From positions 7,340,488 through 7,404,487 of the forward strand of contig OZ218950.1 in assembly GCA_965112735.1 (NCBI GenBank): DNA of 64,000 nucleotides, written 5' to 3'. The translations under genes were made by a program, and so were the position numbers. Shown one piece after another: positions 23,026 through 34,379 of the stretch (its first letter is position 1; each line of letters starts with the position of its first letter). The DNA is from Phaeosaccion multiseriatum. Taxonomy: Eukaryota; Protista; Ochrophyta, other classes. The notes under the pieces were generated by a model, which worked only from the letters and a program-made list of their open reading frames with translations, was not told the origin of the DNA and made no database searches.

Positions 23026-26000
23026 GCTCGAAGCATCCGCTCGGTTCCCTGACGAGCTTCCCCACGGCCTCTTCCAACAGCCCCAGCGGCGACGGATACA
23101 CACTCGCAGACAACGCCAGAGAGCCTGGCACCACATCGGCAGGCACGGTGAAGGAGAAGCTCGAGGAGAGGGACGATGCTGAGGCTGAGGAGGAGGAGAG
23201 TTGCCCCCCCGCGGAAAGTGTCTGAGCGATGCCCCGGGGGCGCACAGTGAGGTGCTGGTGGAGGCCGTCAGCTGCCATCTCCTCCTTTCCCCCTGTCTGG
23301 CGTCTCCTTTGCCCCGCCACGCTCACGTTAGCCAGCACACCCCCGCGGGGGAGGGCGTGAGCGGAGTCGGATAGGGGCGCTGTGATGGGCACCAACAGCG
23401 ACACGAAGCGCCGCTCCCGTATCACCAAGTGCTCCTGCTGTGCGCCGACCCCTCCGGCCGCCCCTCCCCCCCCTCCTCCCCCGTCGTACCGCGCCACAAA
23501 GGTCGTGCGGCCGTCCCTCCCCCCCCCCTCCTTGTCCTCCTCTTGTCCCTTCTGCTGCTCCTGCTGCTGCCAGGAGGCGAAGGCCTGCCCCTCTCCTTCG
23601 TTGAGCCCCAGGGCCTTTCCCACCCCCCCCTCCCTCTGCAACTCGTCTTGGCTCATGAGGCCGAGAGGGCCCTCCAGCGACAGCTCAAGCTGCAGGCCGG
23701 TCAGAGGTGAAGGTGAGCCCCCCCCGCCGCTGCCGCCACGGCCCGCACAGCCACTGCCATCGTCACTGTGCTCTTCGGTCCACACCACGGGCAGCAGGAC
23801 GACGTCCCCCTCAGTAAGCATGAGCGGAATCGCCGCCTCCATAACCGCTGCCTGCCTCACGAGAAGCGTCTCTGTCCCCGCCCCGAACCGCCCGCTCTCT
23901 GTGACGCAGTCCACTTGCACTAAGAAGGCACCCAAGGCATCACTCACATCAAACTCAAACTCTACTTCCCCGTCAGGGTCAGTGAGCATCCCCGCATTAT
24001 AGTACAGTGTGTCAGCGAAGTCCTGCCTGCCTCCCTGCTGCCTGCCTCCCTGCCCCCCCTCAGCCTCAAGGCGCTCAAGCAGGTCATGTCGCTTGCTCCG
24101 GTGCGCGTACACTCGGAAGTTTTTCCACTGCGGCCCCGGCAGGTGAGGTGCCGCGTCTCTTGTAGCCGGAAAAGCGGGTCTCCGCTTCGCAGCGTTCGCC
24201 CCCGCCGCGAAGGGCTCGACGTCCATGTTCACGTCCTCGTCCTCTCCCCCCTCGACGTCCTCGACCCCTTCCGCCAGCTCCCAGTCTGCCTCCACCCCCC
24301 CCTCCTCCCCCTCCTCCCCCTCCTCTACGACCATGTCCACAGGTCCTGCCTCCGCGGCCCCGGCCGCCGCTGCCATGTCCATACCATCGAGTGCCATCTC
24401 TGGCACCCCCCTGGCGGCCTCCTTGTTCATCATCATCATCAGGGGTTCTCCGTCCTCCATATCCTCCACCCCCGGGAAGGGGAAGGGGGAGCGCAGCACC
24501 TCGGTCCCCACGCCAAGCACTTTCAGCCGCGAAAATGCATCGGTAGACGTGTCTTCAGAGGCTTGCTCCTCCTCCCCTTTGTGCGCTCTCGTTCCATTCT
24601 CAATGAAATCCATGGGAGACTCAAAGGCGAACCTCCGCCAGCCCTGTGTGTGTGTGCGTGCGTGCGTGTGTGTGTGCGTGTGTGTGTGTATGTATGTGTA
24701 TGTGTGGTCAGAGCAGGCCAGAGATTCACATGCGCATGCACACGTACATCATATGGCAGCTGCTGCTCCAGCCAAGGCGACAAAGAGACCGAGAGGTCGC
24801 AGCTCTCCCGCTGAACACCCTCTCAGCCTGCCCCCCCCCCCCCCCCATCCACTGCCACCCCCGCCCCCCGAACTCCGTACCTGTGTGCCCAACAAGTGGT
24901 CCACAGCTCCCCCCCCGTCCCCTGTGTAGTCGAGCAGACTCTCCACCGAGGGGTTGATAGCTCTGATGTCGCTCTCCAGCATGGCCATAGCGTCGAGGCG
25001 GGGGGATGACAGGCCCGACAAGCGCCCCTGTCCGAGGCTGTCCATGCTCACCACCTTCCAGTTTGGGTGCCAGTTTGAGTGGTTAGCGTTAGATCATATC
25101 CATGCCAACCCCATCCAAGGGCCTTTACTGATAAGCACAAATCACCTTGACATTGACGTGTGTGGGCGTGTGTGTGGCCTTAGCTGAGCCTAAGCCCTCA
25201 TCATCATCATGAGGGTGCTGCACTGCCACAGTGAGGCGTACGCTTGTCGAGGGCCTCACAAGGAGGGGCCCCTCGCCACCCCCCTCGCCACCCTCCTCGC
25301 CACCCTCTGCATGGCCACACGCCCTTGTGAGGGGAAGCTCAACTTCCGACGAAGCACCGCCGCCGGACAGAGGGGGCCGCTCCACTTGAACTGCAGAGGA
25401 CACACACGTTAGAGGCACATGGGGAGGGGCAGGCAACACGTTAGAGGCACATGGGGAGGGATGAGGTCCTGCTTCCGCTCGAGAGAGAAGCGTCACTTCA
25501 TGCCGGCATTAGCGTTCACCTCATACCAGCGTTAGTAGTCACCTCATGCCAGCATTAGCCTTCACCTCATGGCAGCATTAGCATTGGACGACGCCAACGC
25601 TCTCTCTACACCCCACTCCACCACACTGCACACTGAAACTGCGCACTGCACTGCACTGCACTGTACTGTACTGTACCTGCTGTGATGCGAAGGCTCACAG
25701 AGGCGGGGGGGTGTCTGAAGACAAGCCTCTCCGCCACGGGCTTGTCGTCAGGCAGAGAGAAGAGCGTCACCCGCAGCACACCGAAAGCAGGCCCTAAAGC
25801 AGGCCCTGAGCCTGGGGAGGGCGGGGGCTCCTCCAAGATGACGAGCGTGCGATCGCCTGCTGCCAGCGAATCAGGGTCAAGGTCAGGGTCAAGGTCAGGG
25901 TCAGGGTCAGGGCGAAGGGCTACTTGATTCACTCGGGTCCCAGTGGGAGCATCAGATTGAAGGTCCCAGGACTTGAGAGACCCGTGCCAAGCTCAGAGGA

Positions 26001-27973
26001 GCTCAGCTCCGAGGAGACATTCTCGACCCTTCCTCAGACCCCCGCTGCACGACCGCACTGCACTATTGCATGGCTCAAAGCTCTGTCTAGTGCACGGCCC
26101 GCCCATACGCCTCTGCACCATCCGCCACCATCCACTACCATCCACCACCATCATCCACCACCACCCTCTACCATCCACTGCCATCCACTATCATCCACCA
26201 CCATCCAGCGCCCACCTCTGTTGTTGAGGCGCACCCTCACGGAGGCAAGCTCCTCCTCTCTTTGGTACAGCGCCACGCGGAAGAGCCCCCCGGGATTCGC
26301 CGCTGCCCATACCTCCACGGGTTTCCCTGCCGGGGTGGTGCTGGTCACGGCTTGGATCCCCGCCCCCTGGGGCTGCACGGACGGGAGGGGGATACGCTGC
26401 TGGGCCAAGTGCTTTGGTTGGCGCAGACGAAGTTCATACGGGAAGCCCGCAGACAGAGGCGTGAAGACGGAGCTCACACCCCTGCCGAAGGCCTTCGCCG
26501 TGACAGTGGCCACACAGCCGGGGGCGGCCCCTGCTGGTCCTTCTGGCCCTGCTGCCCCATCGTCCAGGAGAGGGGCGGAGAGAGGGCAAATGTCCGCCTC
26601 CATGTAGGCCTCGTCCCCTGCGGAGGGGTTGTTGGCGAGGGGTGGCAACAGATGGCAGCAGATTGGGGGGGGGCAAGACGCACGACAGACGAATGTACCG
26701 TCAGAGGGAAGGATCACACTCACCCATACACCCCTGGCACTCACCCCAGGGCAGCGACGCTTCCACGTACACCCTGCCGGGCACGCCCTGCACGAGGTCC
26801 CCGCTCTCAGGGTACACGTCCACTGCCATCGAGCGCGAGACGAGCGGCACCGTCACTGTCAGAGCCTCGGAATCACCCCCGTAAGTCGCTTTGAGCGTCA
26901 AAGTGCCCACTCCCTCGGCCCAGGACTCAGGCAGGGGCACCGACACCCTCCGGCCTCCACCCTCCCCCCCCTCGTCAGCCTCATCCTCATGGGCGTGCAG
27001 CTCGGCTCGGAAGCTCTCCTTCCCGTCCACGCGAAGCACGGCCTCGATGTTGGCTCTGAGAAGCGCCTCTGTGGGCAAATTCGCAGCCCGGAGGACGCCG
27101 ATGGCCGTCTCGCCGAAGCCGTAGCTATCCTAAGGAGTCCAAAGGGCAGCACAGCACAGCATGGATGATGGTCGTCATGCCAAGTAGAGCAGACACACAC
27201 AACACAAAGAGAGAGCCCCCCTAACCTGCGAAAAGTCGAGGCTGAGCACGAGTTTCCTCCTCCTTGCGCGCCGCACGAGGAAGGCTCTCTCAGCGGGTGC
27301 GAGCATGGGCCCGGCGGAGCAGCGCAGCTTGTACTCACCTCCGGACAGGTCTGGCGCAAGCATCACATGCAGCACATGGACGAAACGGTAAGCGCACGGA
27401 ATTATTGGACTTGAACACGTGCCATGCCAGCTCTCCCTTTTGCTGACCTTGAGGTATTTCCCAGCGCAGCCCACTGGACGCTCCGCTCGCCCCACCCTTG
27501 CGCGGTTGCCCCCACAGCCTGACATCTTTCTCGCCCCCCTCCCTTGTTGCCCCTCCTCTCCGGCCCCTGCGCAGAGGGTACAGGTTGGCCTCCACCTGCC
27601 CCAGAGGCCCCTCAACGGTGCAGCCGCCCGTAGGCTCCGATCGGTACCGCCCCCCCGCCGTGGCGAGCACCGGGCGGTGGGCCAGAGTGAGGGTCAGGGT
27701 CTGCGCGAGCAGGACCTCCCCGGGGCGGTAGCTTGGCCTATCAGTGGAAATGTGCTGAATAGCCCGATCGGAAGAGTTGCCGTACTTCTCGTGAAAGTCG
27801 TGAAGCTTGTCCAGCCCCCGAGGGGGGTTCTGCCCAAAGATCATCTGCCCCAGGAAAGTGGCCACCCCAGCTGAGGGAGGAGCGCTGGCGAACCTGGTGC
27901 CCATCCAGAAGGAGCTGAGTGACACCAAGGCCAGGGCGATCACCGCCCCGAGCAGGAGCGACCTGCCGCCCAT
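20226..27973 (-). CDS. Alpha-2-macroglobulin-like thioester-containing protein of bacterial type, with signal/anchor peptide, multi-exon
   Basis: N-terminal hydrophobic segment; MG2 motif [12 protein letters not shown]; acidic bait-like region followed by [11 protein letters not shown]...SDALGAF; thioester REPSGCFEQ|TSATTYP; TED motifs [40 protein letters not shown]; C-terminal [12 protein letters not shown] and SRAYEYY. Confidence 0.93.
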
Positions 27974-28369
27974 CTTCCCCACACCTGCCTCTGGAGTTCC
28001 CCTGGTTGAACAACGGGGGGCAATCTTCCTCCCTTCAGGACCTCGCCATGAGCCAGACTGCTGCAGTCACCACAGTGTTAGAGGAAGCTCAGCCTACCCA
28101 AGCCATAAACAGAGAGGGCGGTCAGCCGCGAGGGAAGAAGGGAGAAGATGAAAGACGGGACCGAGCTCCGATAACTCATCCGACCCTTTTTTTTACTTTT
28201 ATGTTCTTTGTTGTGTTGTTGTTTTTCCCCCCTCCATCCCATCCTTTCACATCATCAGCTCCGTTTCCTCTGCGGGAGAGAAGAAACGACACGCATTCGT
28301 AAAGAACCTCGTGCTTTATCTAGGCGGTCTCTGTTGTGGTGAGGGTGAGAGGAGCCAGAGCCCTGTTGT

Positions 28370-30079
28370 ATGGTCCCTGCAATGACGGGAATGGGGTGGC
28401 CTTGTGGTGTGGAGGCGCCCAAGCTCTGCCGCAGCACAGTTGGAGCAGCGTTTGTGCTCAGCGGTCCTAGCTTGTTTACGAGAAAGAGCAAGAGGGACAG
28501 CGGTAGCGGTAGCAGCAGCAGGAGGGGCGCGGTGTATGGCAAGGATAGCAAGAGCAGGCGTGAATGGGGGGGGGAGTGGGAGGGCTGGGGGAACGGGCAG
28601 AAGGCGGCCGCCTTTGTCCAAGCGGCGGCACCAGTTGGAGCCGCGGCCACGGCAGCGGAGCTGTTGAAGAAGCGGCAGGTGGGGCTGGTGAAGGAGATTC
28701 AGCGGCTGGGGGGCGGCAAGAAGAGCGGCAGGAAGGGGAAGGACCCAGTGGTGGAGGCGCTTGAGAGGGCCAAGCAGGCAGGGCTCCCGCTCAACACCAT
28801 CATCTACAACGCAGCCATCCGCCAGAGCGGTAGCTGGGCGGCATCTCTCGCCCTTCTGCAGGAGCTCAAAGACCACGCAGAGCTTAAACCAGACATTATT
28901 AGCTTCGGCTCGGCCCTGGTGGCGTGCAGCTTGGCGGGGCGCTGGGAGGAGAGTGAGGGGCTGCTGACGGAAATGGAGAAGGAGCACGGGCTGCAGCCAG
29001 ACGTGCGCTGCTACACGTCCCTCATGGCGGCCTACAGCACAGCAGGCAGGTACGACGCCGCGCTAGGCGTATTGGCCACAATGGTGGAGGAGAAGGGACT
29101 CAAACCGGATATTGTCGCGTACAACACCGCCATCACGGCCTCGGGGCAAGCGGGCAGGCCGGACAGGGCCCTGCAGGTGGTGCAAGAGATGGAGCAAAGG
29201 GGGCTCAAGCTCAATGTCATCTCGTACAGCGCTCTCGTGACGGCTTACGGGAACGCCGGGCAGCACGAGAAGGCCCTTCAGGTAGTGAAGGAGGACATGA
29301 AAAGCGCGGGGCTCAGACCTGACGTCATCACCTACGGGGCCCTCCTATCTGCTTGCGGGAAGGCAGGGGCCCTGACGGCCGCGCGAGACGTGCTGGCGGA
29401 GATGCGAGAGAGAGGGCCCCGCCCTAATGCGGCGTGTCACGTGGCGCTCGTGAGTGCGTGTGTGCGTGCGGGGCAGCTGGATGACGCGGTAACAGCCTGG
29501 AGGGGGATGGCAGCCGAGGGGGGGGGGCTTCTGCCCGACCTCTCTGCGTGCGCCTCTCTCGTGAGTGCGTTGGGCAAGGCGGGTCGCCACGCAGACGGCT
29601 TGGAGCTGCTCCGAGAGGCGCTGAGGTTGGGCTTGAGGCCGGACATGGCGTGCTTCAACAATGCCCTCTTCGCGTGTGGTAAAGCAGGGGACGTGGACGC
29701 TTGTTTGTCGGTGCTAAGAGACATGAAGGCGGAGGGGCGAGTGGAGCCTGATGCGGGGTCTTTGAGCTCCCTGCTCATGGCGTGCGGGAGGGCGGGATCT
29801 GCGCAGAAGGCACTCAATGTGTTCCGCAAGATGAGAAGCGCGGGCCTCACACCGAGAGAGACCGCATACAACGCGCTGCTGCTGGCCCTGGCAGAGGCTC
29901 TGGAGGGGGGGGGGGAGGGCAGGGGCAAGATGCGCCTCGTGGCAGGGGAGGTCGTGAAGGACATGAAGAGAGTGGGCTTTAAGCCCAGCACTGCAGTGAG
30001 CACCGCTTTCGAGGGAGCGGGCATGCCGCTGGGGCAGGAGGAGAAGGGGGACGAGGAGGAGGAGGAACCAAGCCCGTGA
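28370..30079 (+). CDS. Pentatricopeptide repeat protein (P-class), intronless, probable organellar presequence
   Basis: About 11 tandem PPR motifs (PDIISFGSALVAC, PDVRCYTSLMAAY, PDIVAYNTAITASGQAG, PDVITYGALLSACGKAG). Confidence 0.93.
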   Translation: MVPAMTGMGWPCGVEAPKLCRSTVGAAFVLSGPSLFTRKSKRDSGSGSSSRRGAVYGKDSKSRREWGGEWEGWGNGQKAAAFVQAAAPVGAAATAAELLKKRQVGLVKEIQRLGGGKKSGRKGKDPVVEALERAKQAGLPLNTIIYNAAIRQSGSWAASLALLQELKDHAELKPDIISFGSALVACSLAGRWEESEGLLTEMEKEHGLQPDVRCYTSLMAAYSTAGRYDAALGVLATMVEEKGLKPDIVAYNTAITASGQAGRPDRALQVVQEMEQRGLKLNVISYSALVTAYGNAGQHEKALQVVKEDMKSAGLRPDVITYGALLSACGKAGALTAARDVLAEMRERGPRPNAACHVALVSACVRAGQLDDAVTAWRGMAAEGGGLLPDLSACASLVSALGKAGRHADGLELLREALRLGLRPDMACFNNALFACGKAGDVDACLSVLRDMKAEGRVEPDAGSLSSLLMACGRAGSAQKALNVFRKMRSAGLTPRETAYNALLLALAEALEGGGEGRGKMRLVAGEVVKDMKRVGFKPSTAVSTAFEGAGMPLGQEEKGDEEEEEPSP

Positions 30080-31103
30080 ATGAAGGAAAATGCAGTGAAT
30101 CAATTATTAATGCAATGAAGCAGAGTTCTTTCCACAAAGAGCTTCGGGGAGAGAAGTGGCGGCGTCAGCGTGCAGCGCTATTGTTTTGCTCCACTCCTGC
30201 GAAGTGCGTGGCCCCTGCATGTCCTCTGCTGCGCTGTGCCTTCCTTCGTACTCTGCTGGCTTTGCGTGCCTTCATCGGCATTCACGAACAAGGGAATCAC
30301 AGAGGAATGGAAGGACCTCCCTCCCCGACTCCCTCCCTCCCTCCCTCTCTGTTGGGAGTCTCGTGCCCCTCCTGCGGGGCTGCTCGTCCTTCGTTGGAGG
30401 CTCGGAGCTGCTGCCTCCTTGCCTCTCACAGCTGCTACTGCTTTCTAAAGGGCCAGACACGCCACAGGGGGCCCTTCTCCACTCCTTTCTCATCTCTTTA
30501 GCTCTGTCCATGCCGCGCAACATGAATGGTGTGCGGCCATGATTGGCATGATTGGGTCCCTGTTGGGCCCCTGCTTAGGCTCTTCCCTTCCACCCCGCTC
30601 AGACCGGCTGCAGCCGCGCCTCCCTTGACTCCTGCGGGGAGTGCATATGTCTGTCTTGAGCGGACGAGTGAGCGAACGAGTGAGTGGGCGGACGCCAGAC
30701 GCCTCGATGCCCCTCCTCTTGATATCACCGGCCCTGCCCTGCCCGAGAGAGAGTGAGAGTCGCGCTGCACAGCCTTCTCTGGCCTTGCGCCTTTCCTTCC
30801 GTGGTGCGGAGACTGTGTACGGTGCAGTCGGCCGGCAAGAGAGAGCCCAGGGCCAACAGATACCCTATACCCATACACTACCCACATGGGGGCCAAGAGG
30901 GGGAGGGAGAGGGAGGAGCATCTTGGAAGCGAGGCTGCTGAGCCGAGCAGGCAGCACCTCTCACTCTGCCGCAAGCCCACGGCCTACCCGGGCTCTCCTC
31001 TCATTGCCTCTCGTGAGGACGCTGCCATGGTATCTAAAGCACGCGTGTGTCTAAACCCCATCGCGCTTCACCTCCACCTGCTGCTACTGCCATCGGGCTA
31101 CCG

Positions 31104-32012
31104 CTACTCTCCCTCGTCCTCCTCCTTGCCCTGCTCCTCCTCCTCCTGGACGGGCTGTAAATCCCGAACGGCCTCTCTCAGCACGCTGTCCACGCACCGC
31201 CGCGCCATGCCCGGTTGAGGGAACATGGCAGAGGTGGCCTGGATTGCCGAGCTGCGTACGCACGCCACATCCACGCCCTCTACCCCGTCCCCATCTGCGG
31301 CTGCTGACCCGGAAACACGTGACATACACTTGTCGATCCACGAGCCAAAGGCGGACAATTTGGTCCTGTCCACACGGCACTCCGCCTCCCTCGCCGCTCG
31401 CACCTCGCTGTAGGCCAGCTGTGTGCAGCTGCGGAGGTCTCTCTTCCCCACGCAAATGTCGTAGGCGTGAACGAGCTCGTGGGTGAGCGCCTCCTCCATC
31501 TCGCGTCTGTTCTGGAGGCGGTTGGCACAGAGCGTAATCTCCATGGGCCCCACCTCGAGCAAGGCTCTGGCCGTGCCCTCCGCACCGTCCTCGGAGCAGA
31601 CGGCGCAGCGAATGGGCAACTCGCTCTCGCAGTTGAACAGTTCTGCCGCGGAGCCTACAAAAGCACCGCCAGATCTCACGGCTGCAAAGGGATTCATCTC
31701 TCCCTCGCCCTGCTGCAGCGCTTCCTTTTGCTGCGCCCCGTCTGCTGCTGCCGTTGCTGTTGCTGCTGCTGCTGCTCCTGCTACCGCTGCTCTTCCTCGT
31801 GCTGCAGGATTCAAGCCTGAATGCAAAGAGGTCCTTGCCACCCCTGGTCCTTCCCTGCTGGTGCTGCTGGAGCTGCTCAGGCCTGCGGCCTGCGCGCGCT
31901 CCCTAGCTCTCTGCATGGCGTCGTACAGCTGTTTGCACCGCCCCGGCGCTCGCCGGCCTTCCATCTGATCCATGATGACCTTCAGTGAGGCCTCGCACGT
32001 ATCGCAGTCCAT
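31104..32012 (-). CDS. ATP23: Mitochondrial inner membrane protease ATP23 (peptidase M76)
   Basis: ITLCANRL...LTHELVHAYD (HExxH)...CTQLAYSEVRAA..AEC...CVRSSAIQAT pattern. Confidence 0.88.
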   Translation of the reverse strand: MDCDTCEASLKVIMDQMEGRRAPGRCKQLYDAMQRARERAQAAGLSSSSSTSREGPGVARTSLHSGLNPAARGRAAVAGAAAAATATAAADGAQQKEALQQGEGEMNPFAAVRSGGAFVGSAAELFNCESELPIRCAVCSEDGAEGTARALLEVGPMEITLCANRLQNRREMEEALTHELVHAYDICVGKRDLRSCTQLAYSEVRAAREAECRVDRTKLSAFGSWIDKCMSRVSGSAAADGDGVEGVDVACVRSSAIQATSAMFPQPGMARRCVDSVLREAVRDLQPVQEEEEQGKEEDEGE

Positions 32013-32762
32013 TGTGCAATGGACTAATTAAGGGGGGGCGGCGAGAGCGCCAGCCTTCAGGCTGACATCGTTTTTTTTTTATGTTGTGTTTCGCCAACAC
32101 TCTTTGGACCCAGTCCTTCGCCCTTTTATACACTTACTACTTGCTTCTCCCTCGAAAAGGAGCAGGGTTTCCAGATGCCAGACCAAGCCAGATGGAGATG
32201 CGCAAGGAAGGAAAAATCAGTTTCAGTTTCACGGCTGGTTCGCCTCCATTATTCCAATCTCCCCCCCTTGAGAGCTGGTCCGAGGCCGCCAAAGCAATAG
32301 ACGCATTGGTGTGCGTCAGGATGCCCTCCCAACTCACTGCTGGGCCTACCTGTTAGGCGGGCGATTGGTTTCGCCCCCGGCGGATTCGTTCGCCCCTCAT
32401 CCCCCCCCCCCCCGTTTATCACGTGCTCTGTAGGAAGCCCTGGGAACTGCACGGACAAGGCCCTGTCTTTCAGCCGTGACACGGGGGGGAGAGGGGGGAA
32501 GGAGCGACTCAGAGCTGGTGTGCGGTGCATGGGCGCAGTGCCGATATCTTTTGAGGTGCATTTTTATTCTTTGGTGGGGCATAGTAGGGCGACAAAAGAG
32601 AAAGAGGAGAGAGGCGGGGAGGTGAAGAGGAGGGGAGGGCAAGATAGAGAAGAGGGTGAGTAGAGGAGGGGCAGCTAGAGTAGGGGGGGAAGACGGAAAA
32701 AGGGCGAGAGAGACATACGAGGGAGACGGGGGGAGAAGAGTGGAAGGGCGATCGGTGCGAAA

Positions 32763-34379
32763 ATGCCACGGAAGAGGTGCCCGTGCAGTGTCGAGGGATG
32801 CAACAAGCAGCAGGTCCAAGGTGGAATATGCGTCGGTCACGGAGCTGTGGGCAGGAGGTGTTCTGTGGAGGGGTGTGAGAAACATCGTGTCCAAGGAGGG
32901 CTTTGTGTTGCTCATGGTGCTGTGGTGAAGAGGTGTACTACTGAGGGCTGCGAGAAACAGCAGGTGCAAGGAGGACTCTGCGTTGGCCACGGAGCGGTGG
33001 TGAAGAGGTGCACTGCTGAGGGGGGTTGTGAGAAGCAGCAGGTCCAAGGAGGTCTCTGCGTGGGTCACGGGGCAGTGCTCAAAAGATGTACGGTGGACGG
33101 GTGCGAGAAGCATCGGATCCAAGGAGGACTCTGCGTTGGTCACGGGGCAGTGATCGTGGTCAAGAGGTGCACTGCTGAAGGGTGTAAGAAGCTGCAGGTC
33201 CATGGAGGGCTTTGTGTTGCTCATGGTGCTGTGGTCAAAAGATGTACTTGTGAGGGGTGTGACAAGCAGCAGGTGCAAGGAGGACTCTGTGTGGGCCACG
33301 GGGCTGTGATCAAGAAGGTTGAGAAAGCTGAGGCAGATGCGAAGGGTGCGAATGGTGCGATTGGTGAGAAGCGTCCACCCAAGAAGCGGGACTATGGAGC
33401 TGGGGGTAAGCGGTGCGCTGTGGAGGGGTGTCAGAAGCATCGGGTCCAAGCCGGACTTTGCGTGAGCCATGGCGCCGTGAAACTGCGCAAGAGGTGTACT
33501 GTGGACGGATGCGAGAAGCATCGGATCCAAGGCGGACTCTGCATGGCTCATGGAGCAGTGGTCAAGAGGTGCACTGTGGAGGGGTGTCAGAAGCTCCAGG
33601 TCCAAGGAGGGCTCTGCATTGGCCACGGCGCGGTGGTCAAGAGGTGCACTGCTGAGGGGTGTGAGAGGCAGCAGGTCCAAGGAGGGCTGTGCATTGGTCA
33701 CGGAGCTGTTGGCAGGTGGTGTGAGAAGTATCCGGCCAAATCAGGCCTCGGAGCTGTGAAACCGCGTAAGAAGTGTACATTTGAGGGCTGTGAGAAGCAA
33801 CCGCAGCAGGGAGGGCTTTGCGTGGGGCACGGAGGTGTGAAGAAGCACAGGAGGTGCACTGTGGAGGGCTGTGAGAAGCAGTCGAAGCAGGGGGGATTGT
33901 GTGTGTCCCATGGAGCTGTGGTCAAGAGGTGCTCTGTGGAGGGGTGCCAGAAGAAGGCAAAGCAGGGAGGGCTGTGCGTGGGGCACGGAGCCGTGGGCAA
34001 AAAGTGCTCTGTTGAGGGCTGCGAGAAGCACCGGGTCAATGGAGGAGTCTGCATTGGCCATGGCGCAGTGATTGTGGTCAAGAGGTGCAGCGAGGTGGGA
34101 TGTGAGAAGCAGACCCAGAGTGGGTGTGGTGGGATGTGCAGGCGCCACGCTCGAATGAAGATGGAGCAAGGCAGGAAGGAGGAGGAGCTGCTTGCCCAGA
34201 GGGCGCTTGCGCTCAAGCGAGGAGCTGACACCGACATGAATGGGGAAGGAGGGAAGAGGGCAAGGTTTGCCCCTCCACATGAGGGAGGAGAGGGAGAGCA
34301 GCGACAGGAGGAAGTGGTGGACGCAGAGGACGAGGAGCTGGGAGCAAGCTTGCTCGTCGGGCTGCGGCTCAGGAGATAG
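32763..34379 (+). CDS. WRKY19-like zinc-finger repeat protein, 16 intact C-x4-C-x10-C-x2-H units
   Basis: Tandem KRCxVEGCxKxxxxGGLCxxHGAVV units; basic NLS-like motifs; acidic tail ending LGASLLVGLRLRR. Confidence 0.9.
   Translation: MPRKRCPCSVEGCNKQQVQGGICVGHGAVGRRCSVEGCEKHRVQGGLCVAHGAVVKRCTTEGCEKQQVQGGLCVGHGAVVKRCTAEGGCEKQQVQGGLCVGHGAVLKRCTVDGCEKHRIQGGLCVGHGAVIVVKRCTAEGCKKLQVHGGLCVAHGAVVKRCTCEGCDKQQVQGGLCVGHGAVIKKVEKAEADAKGANGAIGEKRPPKKRDYGAGGKRCAVEGCQKHRVQAGLCVSHGAVKLRKRCTVDGCEKHRIQGGLCMAHGAVVKRCTVEGCQKLQVQGGLCIGHGAVVKRCTAEGCERQQVQGGLCIGHGAVGRWCEKYPAKSGLGAVKPRKKCTFEGCEKQPQQGGLCVGHGGVKKHRRCTVEGCEKQSKQGGLCVSHGAVVKRCSVEGCQKKAKQGGLCVGHGAVGKKCSVEGCEKHRVNGGVCIGHGAVIVVKRCSEVGCEKQTQSGCGGMCRRHARMKMEQGRKEEELLAQRALALKRGADTDMNGEGGKRARFAPPHEGGEGEQRQEEVVDAEDEELGASLLVGLRLRR

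Noticed and set aside
20226-27973. A2M gene as bacterial contamination
   Set aside because: It has many GT-AG introns with host-type microsatellites and is flanked by eukaryotic genes
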